Shown here one piece after another: positions 20,223-29,363 of a DNA stretch of 64,000 bases; the stretch's first letter is position 1, and the number at the start of each line of letters is the position of its first letter. Under the pieces are notes generated by a model, which did no database searches, was not told the DNA's origin, and saw only the letters and a program-made list of their open reading frames with translations. The position numbers and the translations under genes are program-made. The stretch is from the NCBI GenBank assembly GCA_009859145.1, contig VRVR01000029.1:124001-188000 (forward strand). The letters run 5' to 3'. The DNA is from Andalucia godoyi And28. Taxonomy: Eukaryota; Protista; Jakobida.

Positions 20223-20446
20223 CCCTCCAACCCAAAACCTCTCCCAAACATTTGTCTCGCATGCTGCGCCTCAGACAGATTTTATGGCGTAAAGTGACGT
20301 TTACAATCTGCATCAGCGCCCATCATCAATTACAAGGAATCGGTTGTCAGTATTCAACAGTGTCTCACTGGGCCTCGACCTGCACCCCTTCAACCATACT
20401 ATCCGATGATATTCACAGCCGTCCACCAGACGTTTGAGTTGGAGGG
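20223..20446 (-). ncRNA. Duplicated element, copy 2 (224 nt)
   Basis: Differs from copy 1 by 3 substitutions and a 12-nt insertion near the left end. Same orientation as copy 1. Confidence 0.45.
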
Positions 20447-21197
20447 CTACAAAGAATATAACAGTCTGTCACACGCAGTCCAGTGAGTCCACACGCCTCG
20501 CACCCAGCTTTTTTTTTAATCTTTTTTTTTTTAAATTATTTTTTGTCTGCACTTGGGAATGTTTTCGAAAATCCCTTGCGATTGCGACGTGTCAAATGTT
20601 CTGGAAGCCAGGTTTCGAAAAGAGCGCCAAAGTGAACTGCAAGGCTGGCAGGGGTTCACTTATCTCGGATCCGTCGCGAACACATTCGTGCCCCAAAGCC
20701 AAAACAAAGCAAAGCAATAAATTTTAAAAAAGGCAATTTCAAAACGAAGCCCTCCCCTATTTTACGAACCAACGCTGTGCTGATCGTTATTTATCCGCTG
20801 CGTGGTCCCCGTTTTTGAAACAAATGTCACATTTTTTTTTAAGAACGAGTGTTGGGCGACACTTGCTGGAATGTTGGATGCATTCTTTTTTAGTTTTATT
20901 TTCTATTTCGTATTTTTCCAATTGCGTCTCTCTTGGACACGCAGCATATCGCACAGTCGGATGGCCAAGAAATGTCACAGTTCACAGTCCCCTCCAACTG
21001 GCGTACAGACTGCCGCAGAAAACATTCGCCAAGGGCTTCCCAAGGGTTTTTTGCTGTTGCTGGATTTTTTCTTCATGCTTGTCTGATTGTTTTGCGTCCG
21101 TTTCTCTTTTTCCTTTCTTCTTTATATAACCCTGTTTCATTTCGGTATCTTTGTTGTTTGTTCGTTTGTTTGTTGTGTGTGGTTTAGTCACGGCACG

Positions 21198-21659
21198 ATG
21201 AGTCATAATGTGTGGAAGATTTTACGCGGTGACTTTGTGCAAGTGATTGCCGGGAAGGACAAAGGTCGGCAAGGCACTGTGGTTCAAGTCATTCGCGACG
21301 CAAACCGTGTCTTGATCGAGGGAGTCAATCTTGTGAAGAAGCACGTAAAAGGCACCAAGGAGCAGCCTGGCCAAATCATTACGAAAGAAATGCCGCTTCA
21401 TGTGTCAAACGTTGCGATTGTGGACCCTGTTCAAAAAGTCCCGACTCGTGTTGGTTTCAAATTCTCGTCTGTCGACGGGAGAAAAGTTCGAGTGTCGAAA
21501 CTGTCTGGAGTTGAGATTCCAAGGCCAGAAGTGCTCAAAATGAGATTGCCCAAGTATGCCCGTCCGGTTGCCGCATCCGAGAAGGACACGTCGCCTAACA
21601 CCGCTGCGTTAAATACACTGAATGTGGCTGCTGCTGCCTTGCCTTCCAAACCCGAATAG
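21198..21659 (+). CDS. MRPL24: Bacterial-type ribosomal protein uL24, probably mitochondrial, 153 aa
   Basis: KOW motif ILRGDFVQVIAGKDKGRQGTV, then VLIEGVNLVKKHVK, EMPLHVSNVAIVDP, GRKVRVSKLSG. Confidence 0.9.
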   Translation: MSHNVWKILRGDFVQVIAGKDKGRQGTVVQVIRDANRVLIEGVNLVKKHVKGTKEQPGQIITKEMPLHVSNVAIVDPVQKVPTRVGFKFSSVDGRKVRVSKLSGVEIPRPEVLKMRLPKYARPVAASEKDTSPNTAALNTLNVAAAALPSKPE

Positions 21660-22196
21660 ATCTGCTACCTTGCTCTTTGTACAAATAAATTCGCCAAAAT
21701 TCTTTCCTTCTCTTGTTGCTTTGCTTTGTATTGTGTTGTGTTTGGTATTTTCGTTTTTTTTTTTTTTTTTTTGTTTTCTGCTTTATTTTTACAATGATGA
21801 TTATTCGGTAAAGTCAATTACACTTCTTTCATCGGAAAATGGGCGAAAGGATTCCATGAGCTTCATTTCATGAGACCCAGAGAAAGAAAAGAACGTATGG
21901 ACGACCAAAACGCATCTGATTCGTGTTTGCATGGATCCGCGACTCGAACACGAGACCCGCCCAAATCTTTGGACTTCCGGCATTCAATGAGCGCTGTTCG
22001 GAGGCGCAGAACCTCGTTAAGGGTTGTCATTTCGCGAACAAGCCCCTCCGAAAAAGAAGAAGAAGAGAAGAAGAAATAAAAGAAGAAATAAAAGCTGCGA
22101 CATAAACGGTGGACGCGAGAAGATGATGCAAATAATACTCGACAGGCGTCTCCCATCTACAGCAAGCGGTGCTTCCCAGTCTCCAATCCCGAGTCC

Positions 22197-23480
22197 TTAG
22201 GACTTGGGAGGAAACATTTCCCGAGCGTTTGTCCGAAACAAGGCCGATAGGTCCAATCTGGGAGAACTTGGTGAGCGAGAAGCGTCGGTCGCCGGTGCTT
22301 CTCGAACAAAGCCGACTGCCCGCAAAATGTCTTCGTTCTTCCGACGCTCGACCGCTTGCATTTCCAGGCGCCACTTGCGGCACTTTTCCATGACTGCTCT
22401 TGCGCGTGCCTCCAATCTCTCCACAACGGCAGGAAGCTTCGAGACTTGAAGAGCAACCTTCTTGTCAGAGCCCTGCGCGTCTTCCAGCTCTTTTTCCATC
22501 TTGGACAGACTTGCAAGCTCGGCAGCAGCAGCAAGCTGCTCCCCCAAGCGAGTGACCTTGGCCTGGAGTTCCGCAATGCGCTCGTCGTTAACTTGGATTC
22601 CAACCGAATTGCCATTAGGAACTGCGTGCTCCGTTTGTGTGGACACCGCAGAACGCATGGACAACAGTATTTGCCTGTCCGCTCGCTCCTTTTCGAACTC
22701 GTCGAGGAGCGCCCTCATTTCCTTGGCTTGCTTTTCGAAAACCTCGACTTTCTCCTTCAGTGCCTTGTTCTCCTTTTCCCTCTCTTTTTGCCTTGCAGCA
22801 CTTTGCGCTGTTTCGGCAGGAGAAGCGGATATCCCTTTCGCATTTCGGATTCGCTCCACTTCCAACACCAGTCGTGCTCGCTCTTCTTCCCACTCTTTGG
22901 CTCGCCGGGCCATGGCAACTTCAAGAGTCCTCAATTCTTCATCTCGGCGGGCTAAGAAAACTTTTGCTTCGCTGACTTGATTTGTGAGCCGATCAACCTG
23001 CTTCTCAAGTTCGGTTTCTTTCCGCGCAGCTTCAAACGCTGTCTTTTGAGAAGCCGTCGCGAATTGCGACAAGGAGGACAGCAGAATCGCATGAAAATTA
23101 GTAAACATATAATCTATACACCAGTCCACCGATTTGGGTCCAATTCGAGCCTTTCTTAAGATCGTCACGTCCGTCACCACCTCGGGCTGCGAAATGCCAA
23201 CCTCCCCATAATCATCACGTGGATGCCTTGTGGGCAAAGTCGTTTGGCTGCCTTTGACCGCAGAACCAATGCCTGCAGTTTGCAAGGGGCCCCGCGGAAG
23301 CTTGAGTGCGTCGAGCGGCTCGTGCATAGACGAAGTACGAGGAATGTGTACTGGAGTAAACGACGGAATTTTGGCGAGTGGTGTCTTGCTGCCGAACAGC
23401 TCCGTCATTATCTCCAGAGTGGAACGAAGATGGTGATTCACCACCCGCACGGACGACTCCAGCACCTGGCTGTCTTCCAT
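22197..23480 (-). CDS. Coiled-coil protein of unknown function, 427 aa
   Basis: Long ATG ORF with E/K/R/A heptad-like stretches over the C-terminal two-thirds. Confidence 0.75.
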   Translation of the reverse strand: MEDSQVLESSVRVVNHHLRSTLEIMTELFGSKTPLAKIPSFTPVHIPRTSSMHEPLDALKLPRGPLQTAGIGSAVKGSQTTLPTRHPRDDYGEVGISQPEVVTDVTILRKARIGPKSVDWCIDYMFTNFHAILLSSLSQFATASQKTAFEAARKETELEKQVDRLTNQVSEAKVFLARRDEELRTLEVAMARRAKEWEEERARLVLEVERIRNAKGISASPAETAQSAARQKEREKENKALKEKVEVFEKQAKEMRALLDEFEKERADRQILLSMRSAVSTQTEHAVPNGNSVGIQVNDERIAELQAKVTRLGEQLAAAAELASLSKMEKELEDAQGSDKKVALQVSKLPAVVERLEARARAVMEKCRKWRLEMQAVERRKNEDILRAVGFVREAPATDASRSPSSPRLDLSALFRTNAREMFPPKS

Positions 23481-23852
23481 GCCTTCTCGCTACGTCACAA
23501 TGCTTCTCGCGAGAATCTCCGGCTAGTCTTGTGTGGCGTATCGTGGAAGAACCGACACTCAAAAACAGTAGCGTCTCGCAATGCGACGAACTGGCGATGA
23601 CCGTTTCATTAACGAGTGGGGAAATTCACTCACTGAATCCAGGCGGTCTTTTTGTTCTGGCTTCCACATGCTCGTCCACAAGCTTGAGTCTGACTTTCGA
23701 CGTCTGTCGAACTCGCTCGAAAAAAAAAAGGGCTCAAGAGATGCAAATCTTGAAAAGATACGAAGTTTCGAGGAAAAATATAATAAAATAGGAATGATTA
23801 ATTTAAGAAGTCCGAGGGACGGGAAAGGAGCACAGGATTCCGCATATTGAGC

Positions 23853-24722
23853 ATGCGAATTGACAAGAGAACAATCGATCAGTTGGTTCTTCCAGGGCAG
23901 GTAGTTGGAAGGACAGAACCTCGGGCATTGGACTACGTTTCTCCAAACACGGACTCGAAATCACACCAACAACAGCAACAATTTCGTTTGGGACCCGGTT
24001 TGTCACGGAACCCTCGTTCAGCAAGCGAAATCATTGCTGTTATTGCCGGTGTGTTTCGAGTAGTATTCCCAGAGGGTGCCGCGCCAGTGTCAGGTAGCAC
24101 TGCAGAAGAAAACGAGAGTGACTTTTGGATGGATGTTCCAAATAGTGCCAAAGTGTACGTCCAAGGCCATTCAAAGCATTATGTGCCACGTGTGGGAGAC
24201 TCTGTAATAGGAATTGTGAGTTCTAGAAATGTGGAAGCATACGCAGTTGACATTGGGAGCTCGCTTGCCGGCATGCTTCCCGTGCTGGCATTTGATGGAG
24301 CGACGAAGAGAAGCAAACCCAACTTGCAAATCGGCGACTACGTGTACGCGCGCGTGGTGGCATTCAACGTTCACCAGGGTGCTGCACTGTCGTGCACGAG
24401 TCCCGCATCCCTGGGCGCTGTAGGTGCAAAAGACTGGATTACGAAGGAATCTGTGTTTGGACAGTTGTTTGCGGGACACGTTGTTCCGGTCAGCATCCCG
24501 CATGCATTCCAGCTACTCCGGAAGACCGCACCGATATTGGCTGCAATTGGAAAACATGTGTCTTATGAATGTGCCGTTGGGGCCAACGGAAGGGTGTGGA
24601 TCGATGCGTCGTCGACAAGAGAAACCATCCTGGTTTCAAGCGCCATCGAGGCCAGTGAGTGGCTCCATGATGACGAATGCTCCGATTTTGTGCAAAGGCT
24701 GCTGGTGGTGCATGGTGCGTAG
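23853..24722 (+). CDS. RRP40: Exosome cap subunit Rrp40
   Basis: YVPRVGDSVIGIV, LAFDGATKRSKPNLQIGDYVYARV (S1 domain), ECAVGANGRVWI (KH domain). First ATG at 23853. Confidence 0.93.
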   Translation: MRIDKRTIDQLVLPGQVVGRTEPRALDYVSPNTDSKSHQQQQQFRLGPGLSRNPRSASEIIAVIAGVFRVVFPEGAAPVSGSTAEENESDFWMDVPNSAKVYVQGHSKHYVPRVGDSVIGIVSSRNVEAYAVDIGSSLAGMLPVLAFDGATKRSKPNLQIGDYVYARVVAFNVHQGAALSCTSPASLGAVGAKDWITKESVFGQLFAGHVVPVSIPHAFQLLRKTAPILAAIGKHVSYECAVGANGRVWIDASSTRETILVSSAIEASEWLHDDECSDFVQRLLVVHGA

Positions 24723-24881
24723 GATGGAATGCCGGTCTGGTGCCGGGAAAAAATAAAATTAAAAAACAGTCTGAAAGTGATCGAAAGGCAAAGCAACAAC
24801 AAGCTGTAGAGGAGATCTGTATTTTCACTATAAGGCCATACAAACAAACGAACATTGTTTTTTCCAACAGGAAGCATTACT

Positions 24882-25289
24882 TTACTTCTTGTCAGACGAC
24901 GGACGCAAAATCTTGGCACGCTCAACACCACGGAACTTCTTCGCACGGTTCTTACGCTCCTTGAGCTGCTTACGAGACTGCTGGACATTCTTCTTGAGAC
25001 CTTGGCGGACCAGGCGGTATGCGGGCTCAAACTTGGTGACTGCATCAATGTTGTCATAGATCAGGGCAAAGCCAGTGGTCGTGTGTGCACCGAAACGAGT
25101 CTTGAAGCCAAATGCAACAACAGTACGGGGATCCTGGGCATTGTACATCTTGGCAAGACGCTCCTGAACCTCCTTGCGGGACAAGGGGGCCTTTCCAGGA
25201 TGGATGATATCGACGATCATCTGCTTCCTGAAAAGAAGCCGGTTGGTCGAGTATTTGCGTGTGCGGAGGGTAATGGCCGAATCAGACAT
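24882..25289 (-). CDS. RPS24: 40S ribosomal protein eS24
   Basis: TLRTRKYSTNRLLFRKQMIVDIIHPG, FGFKTRFG, TTGFALIYD, KERKNRAKKFRG. Confidence 0.98.
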   Translation of the reverse strand: MSDSAITLRTRKYSTNRLLFRKQMIVDIIHPGKAPLSRKEVQERLAKMYNAQDPRTVVAFGFKTRFGAHTTTGFALIYDNIDAVTKFEPAYRLVRQGLKKNVQQSRKQLKERKNRAKKFRGVERAKILRPSSDKK

Positions 25290-25810
25290 TCTATCTGTGG
25301 TTTATCGAACGCGCTCAACAACAAGGACAACAAAACAAAACAAAAAATCGAAACTTTAAAAAAATCGACACGAAGCTGCGTTGAATGGGAAATTGGGAAT
25401 CCAAAGGAGCAAAAGATGGTAGGGTTGGAGGAAGTCTAGGGTTTCAGAGTCGTCGGAACAAAAAAGGGTCCCGAAAACTCTAATGAAGGCTAATGAAGGC
25501 TCATTATCCGCAGCTTGAGGCACTCCCGTGGATAAGTTGAGTCGATCAGAAAGAATTCGGAGGCGGTCAACTGGTGAAGAACGACTGCAAATGTAATGAC
25601 CTGCGCTGAAATCGTTTCTTGTCCACAAAAATACTCTAAATATAAATAAAATGAAATAAAGAAAGAAGACAAATTGAAATAATTAATTATTATTAAAAAA
25701 AAAGAAAAGGAAAAGAAAAAACACGTTGGCGGCGAAGCACATTCCCTGACGTGCTTCGTTCCATTGGATATATTCTTTTTTGTCCTTTTATATTAATTTT
25801 ATTTTAGCAT

Positions 25811-27991
25811 ATGCCTCCCAAACGAGAACACGGTTCTACCTCGGAAGATGCGCCACTAGCTTTGCTACCGTCTTTGCTTCATTTTTCATTTGGCCAGGCT
25901 TTGGCAAATGACGCCCCACCAGGATCGCCTCTGCGCCTTGCGGAACGTAAAATCAGGATGCACCCAGATGCGGTTCGTGCGAGTGGACTGATTGGATCAA
26001 AATTTGTTCAAGTCAGCTCCTTGTCCACCAACTCCAGTTGCTCGTCTTCTGCAGTGTTGTCACTTTCTATGGATGATCGATTGGAAAGATCGGCCATTGC
26101 TGTTCCTGCGGCATTTCGATTCTGCCTCAAAGACAGTCTCCCGCCCGTTATTTCGAGTGTTCGCATTGTCTCGAGCAAGGAAATCGTCATTTCCTGCTCT
26201 TCTGCCATTCCTGATAGAACTCGTTGCTTCGTGGAAGCAGCTGCAAGAGCGGACCTGGCTTTGTTTGTCGCTTTCCGAGGAATGTCTTTTTCCGTGGACT
26301 GGTGTGGGACTGCATACGTGTTCTGCATTGAATCGATATCTTCATTTCAATCTGAAGAGTCTGCCGCCGCGTCTGAAACTGGTTGTTATTACAGCTCCAG
26401 GCAGTCTTCCGTCGTATTTCGATACAGTTCTTCCGTTGTCGTAACTGGAGAGTTTGATGTCATTGGTATGGATTACGTCGCTGTTCAACTGCGCGATTTA
26501 TTTGAGAGTTTACATTGCTGCCGCGTGCTTCTTCATGGTCCGACCGGAACTGGCAAGACGAGTTTGGTGAAGATGGTTGCGGAAAGGAAGAGGATGCCCG
26601 TCATTGAGGTTGATGGAGCAGTTTCGTCGACTTCAAAGTATTTTGGAGATGCAGAACACGGAATTCGGAAAAAAGTTCATGAGGCCAAAGTGCTTGCTCC
26701 ATGTGTTTTGCTTCTCAAAAACATTGATTTGCTGTGTCCGCGCCGGGATTCTGCGGTGTCCGAGTCGCAAAAGAGACTGGCGACAACTGTCCTGCAGCTC
26801 GTCTCGGATTTGGATCTACTGAAAAGTGTTTTTGTGATTGCAACATCTCACCGTTCTGACGATATTGATCCTGCGATGCGTCGACCCGGAAGATTGGACG
26901 TTGAACTTGCTGTACACAGTCCGTCTGATCAGGAACGGTATCTGATCTGCCAATTCCTTGCATCGAAATCTGGTCACTTTGATCTCTCTGATGAGGAGTG
27001 GACACAAGTTGGAAGGCATACTCGAGGGTTCGTGGGACGCGATATCGAGTTTATGATAAAAGAGTGCCTGGTACTGGTTCCGCCGCCTCGGCATGTCTGT
27101 TTCGAAGACGTCCTGCGGGTCTGCAAATCCATGACCCCGGCCACGCTGCGGTCAATAGCTGTTGAAGTTCCAAAAGTGTTTTGGACGGATGTGGGGGGCC
27201 AAGACAGCGTGAAACAGCAGCTAAAGGAAGCAGTGGAATGGCCCATGAAGCATGCGAAGATGTTTTTACAGTATGGAATCCGGCCTCTCAAAGGAGTATT
27301 GATGTACGGTCCCCCAGGTTGCTCGAAGACAATGTTGGCGAAAGCGATTGCCACCGAATGTGCATTGTCGTTTCTTGCAGTCAAAGGGCCAGAGCTTCTT
27401 GGAAAATATGTCGGGGACAGCGAGCAAGCCGTTCGACGAGTTTTCGAAAGAGCCAGAGCTGCAACCCCTTGCGTTATCTTCTTTGACGAAATAGATGCGT
27501 TAGCCGCCGCACGCAAAGACTTTTCATCCGGTTCTGGAGAGAGGGTGCTTGCACAATTATTGGCAGAAATGGACGGAATGGCTCCTCTGTCACAGGTAGT
27601 AGTTCTCGCGGCGACGAATCGCCCGGATCGTTTGGACTCGGCTTTATTGAGGCCAGGTCGATTTGATCGGGTTGTCTATGTGCCGCTACCTGACCTCGGT
27701 TCTCGCACCGAGATTTGGAGGATTAACTTGCAAAAACTGCCGACAGACATTCCACCTGAAGAAATTGGCCACTGGGCAAGAGCGCTTTCAGAGAGAAGCG
27801 AAGGGCTTTCTGGAGCCGAAATCGTCGCCGTTTGCAAGGAAGCATCAATGGCAGCATTGGAAATCGATATGGACGCTTCCGTGATCAGCAAGGGCCTGAT
27901 CAACGACGCCTTGGAAAAATTCTGCCCACGTATCACAGCTGAACAATTGGTTTTCTTTGAGCAGTTCAGAAGCTCCTTTCGAAAATCGTAA
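25811..27991 (+). CDS. AFG2: Double-ring AAA+ ATPase, AFG2/SPATA5 (Drg1) type
   Basis: D1 GPTGTGKT and DPAMRRPGRLD. D2 WTDVGGQ, AVEWPMKH, the AFG2-typical GPPGCSKT, IFFDEIDAL, LLRPGRFDR. Confidence 0.85.
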   Translation: MPPKREHGSTSEDAPLALLPSLLHFSFGQALANDAPPGSPLRLAERKIRMHPDAVRASGLIGSKFVQVSSLSTNSSCSSSAVLSLSMDDRLERSAIAVPAAFRFCLKDSLPPVISSVRIVSSKEIVISCSSAIPDRTRCFVEAAARADLALFVAFRGMSFSVDWCGTAYVFCIESISSFQSEESAAASETGCYYSSRQSSVVFRYSSSVVVTGEFDVIGMDYVAVQLRDLFESLHCCRVLLHGPTGTGKTSLVKMVAERKRMPVIEVDGAVSSTSKYFGDAEHGIRKKVHEAKVLAPCVLLLKNIDLLCPRRDSAVSESQKRLATTVLQLVSDLDLLKSVFVIATSHRSDDIDPAMRRPGRLDVELAVHSPSDQERYLICQFLASKSGHFDLSDEEWTQVGRHTRGFVGRDIEFMIKECLVLVPPPRHVCFEDVLRVCKSMTPATLRSIAVEVPKVFWTDVGGQDSVKQQLKEAVEWPMKHAKMFLQYGIRPLKGVLMYGPPGCSKTMLAKAIATECALSFLAVKGPELLGKYVGDSEQAVRRVFERARAATPCVIFFDEIDALAAARKDFSSGSGERVLAQLLAEMDGMAPLSQVVVLAATNRPDRLDSALLRPGRFDRVVYVPLPDLGSRTEIWRINLQKLPTDIPPEEIGHWARALSERSEGLSGAEIVAVCKEASMAALEIDMDASVISKGLINDALEKFCPRITAEQLVFFEQFRSSFRKS

Positions 27992-28000
27992 TGTAGTTCG

Positions 28001-29038
28001 CTAACACTGAGTGTTTGCGGGCAGATCGAAGACAGAGAACGTGTACATCGCTTGGATGGCCAAACTCCGTTCATCGAGACATGTAATGCCATACACTGGT
28101 TCACGAACAGAAAACTTTGTACCTATTTCCCATTTTGCGCCTGTTTTCTCCGTTTCGGACACAATACGATACCCAATTACCTCCCCGGAATAGAATCCGA
28201 CAAATAACACAGTGGCAGAAACGGCAAAGCAGAGCGGAATGTCATGAACATTCGATTCTGGTAAAAGGTGCATTTCAAAAGACTCTTGTCCGACTTGAAA
28301 ATTCCATACACCCGTAAGAGCCGATGCTAAGAGCAGACTTCCGCTGAACTCGCACACAAACGTGATGGGGCCGTCCAACAGAACGGTTCGGCGAACTGGC
28401 AAGTGCCCAGATTGCACATCCACAGTCCCATCATTTCGAAAAACTACCTTTCGCTTGCCGAACAAGTCCAACGTCCCATTTTGACACCCGAATATTGAAA
28501 GATCTGCAGTAACACAAATAGAAAGCACAGATTCTGAAGGCAGCAACGAATCGATTCCCGTGAGAGCATCGGAAACCTCTTCAGGGACGCGATAGCGGTA
28601 CACCTTTCCGTCTAAGCAAGCCACGTACACAGTATCTGCAAACGAGTGCAGAAAAGTAGGAGTTGACTGCAGTTCGCAAGTCCAGGAGGATCGAAACTCA
28701 ATTCCAGGCTGACCCGCAGAAATGCCTGATAAATACGGAAGGAGATGAACAACAGACACATAGTATCGATCTGAACTCCGGTGAACGATTGACAGCAACT
28801 GCGTTTCTGAAATCGCAAGGACATTCAGAGCGAAAATCTCTTGACACTTGAACGAAGCCTGCACATGACCCCAGCCGTGAAACAGATCAGAAGCTGGATC
28901 GACTGCATCATCCGCCTTTCGAGCGCTCGCCGCAAACAATTGATTTCCGTCTGAGAACAGCACGGAACGCGGGCTTACCATGGCCATCAATTGACATTTC
29001 ACTGCATTTTTCAGAGGAACGGAGTAAATATAGCTCAT
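28001..29038 (-). CDS. KPTN: Kaptin-like beta-propeller (KICSTOR subunit)
   Basis: Motifs in the same order as I recall them in human kaptin: GCQNG (GCQSG), LLDGPIT (LQDGPIS), LLLASAL (VLVASML), LLPESNVHDIPLC (LLPGSDQFDSVLC), VGFYSGEVIGY (VATYGQELLCY). Confidence 0.65.
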   Translation of the reverse strand: MSYIYSVPLKNAVKCQLMAMVSPRSVLFSDGNQLFAASARKADDAVDPASDLFHGWGHVQASFKCQEIFALNVLAISETQLLSIVHRSSDRYYVSVVHLLPYLSGISAGQPGIEFRSSWTCELQSTPTFLHSFADTVYVACLDGKVYRYRVPEEVSDALTGIDSLLPSESVLSICVTADLSIFGCQNGTLDLFGKRKVVFRNDGTVDVQSGHLPVRRTVLLDGPITFVCEFSGSLLLASALTGVWNFQVGQESFEMHLLPESNVHDIPLCFAVSATVLFVGFYSGEVIGYRIVSETEKTGAKWEIGTKFSVREPVYGITCLDERSLAIQAMYTFSVFDLPANTQC

Positions 29039-29363
29039 TCTATGTTAGTCCTTGGGCCCCGCAATGCACTGACACAGACAGCTAACCAGCTCGGCGCTCC
29101 TCGTCGTGCAGTCGGATGTGTTTATTTCATTTTGTCTTATTTTATTTTGGTGTTTTTGTTTTTCATGTCGCTGCGGTGCGTGAGGATGCTTGAGGAACTC
29201 TCGCTGAGGTCAAGCTTGTGAAAGACAGCTGCGACTCCGATGGGCCATGTCCTCAGTCCCTCTCTTCTCCTTATTTACTTACTTATTTTAATCTGATTAT
29301 TATTTTAATTTAAAAAACTCTTTCTGGATTGTCAGCAAATCGTGACACAAATGCAAAAATTCG

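Noticed and set aside
25811-27991. PEX6 or CDC48 assignment for the AAA ATPase
   Set aside because: D2 GPPGCSKT and AVEWPMKH fit AFG2/SPATA5 rather than PEX6 (GPPGTGKT) or CDC48 (GPPGCGKT).
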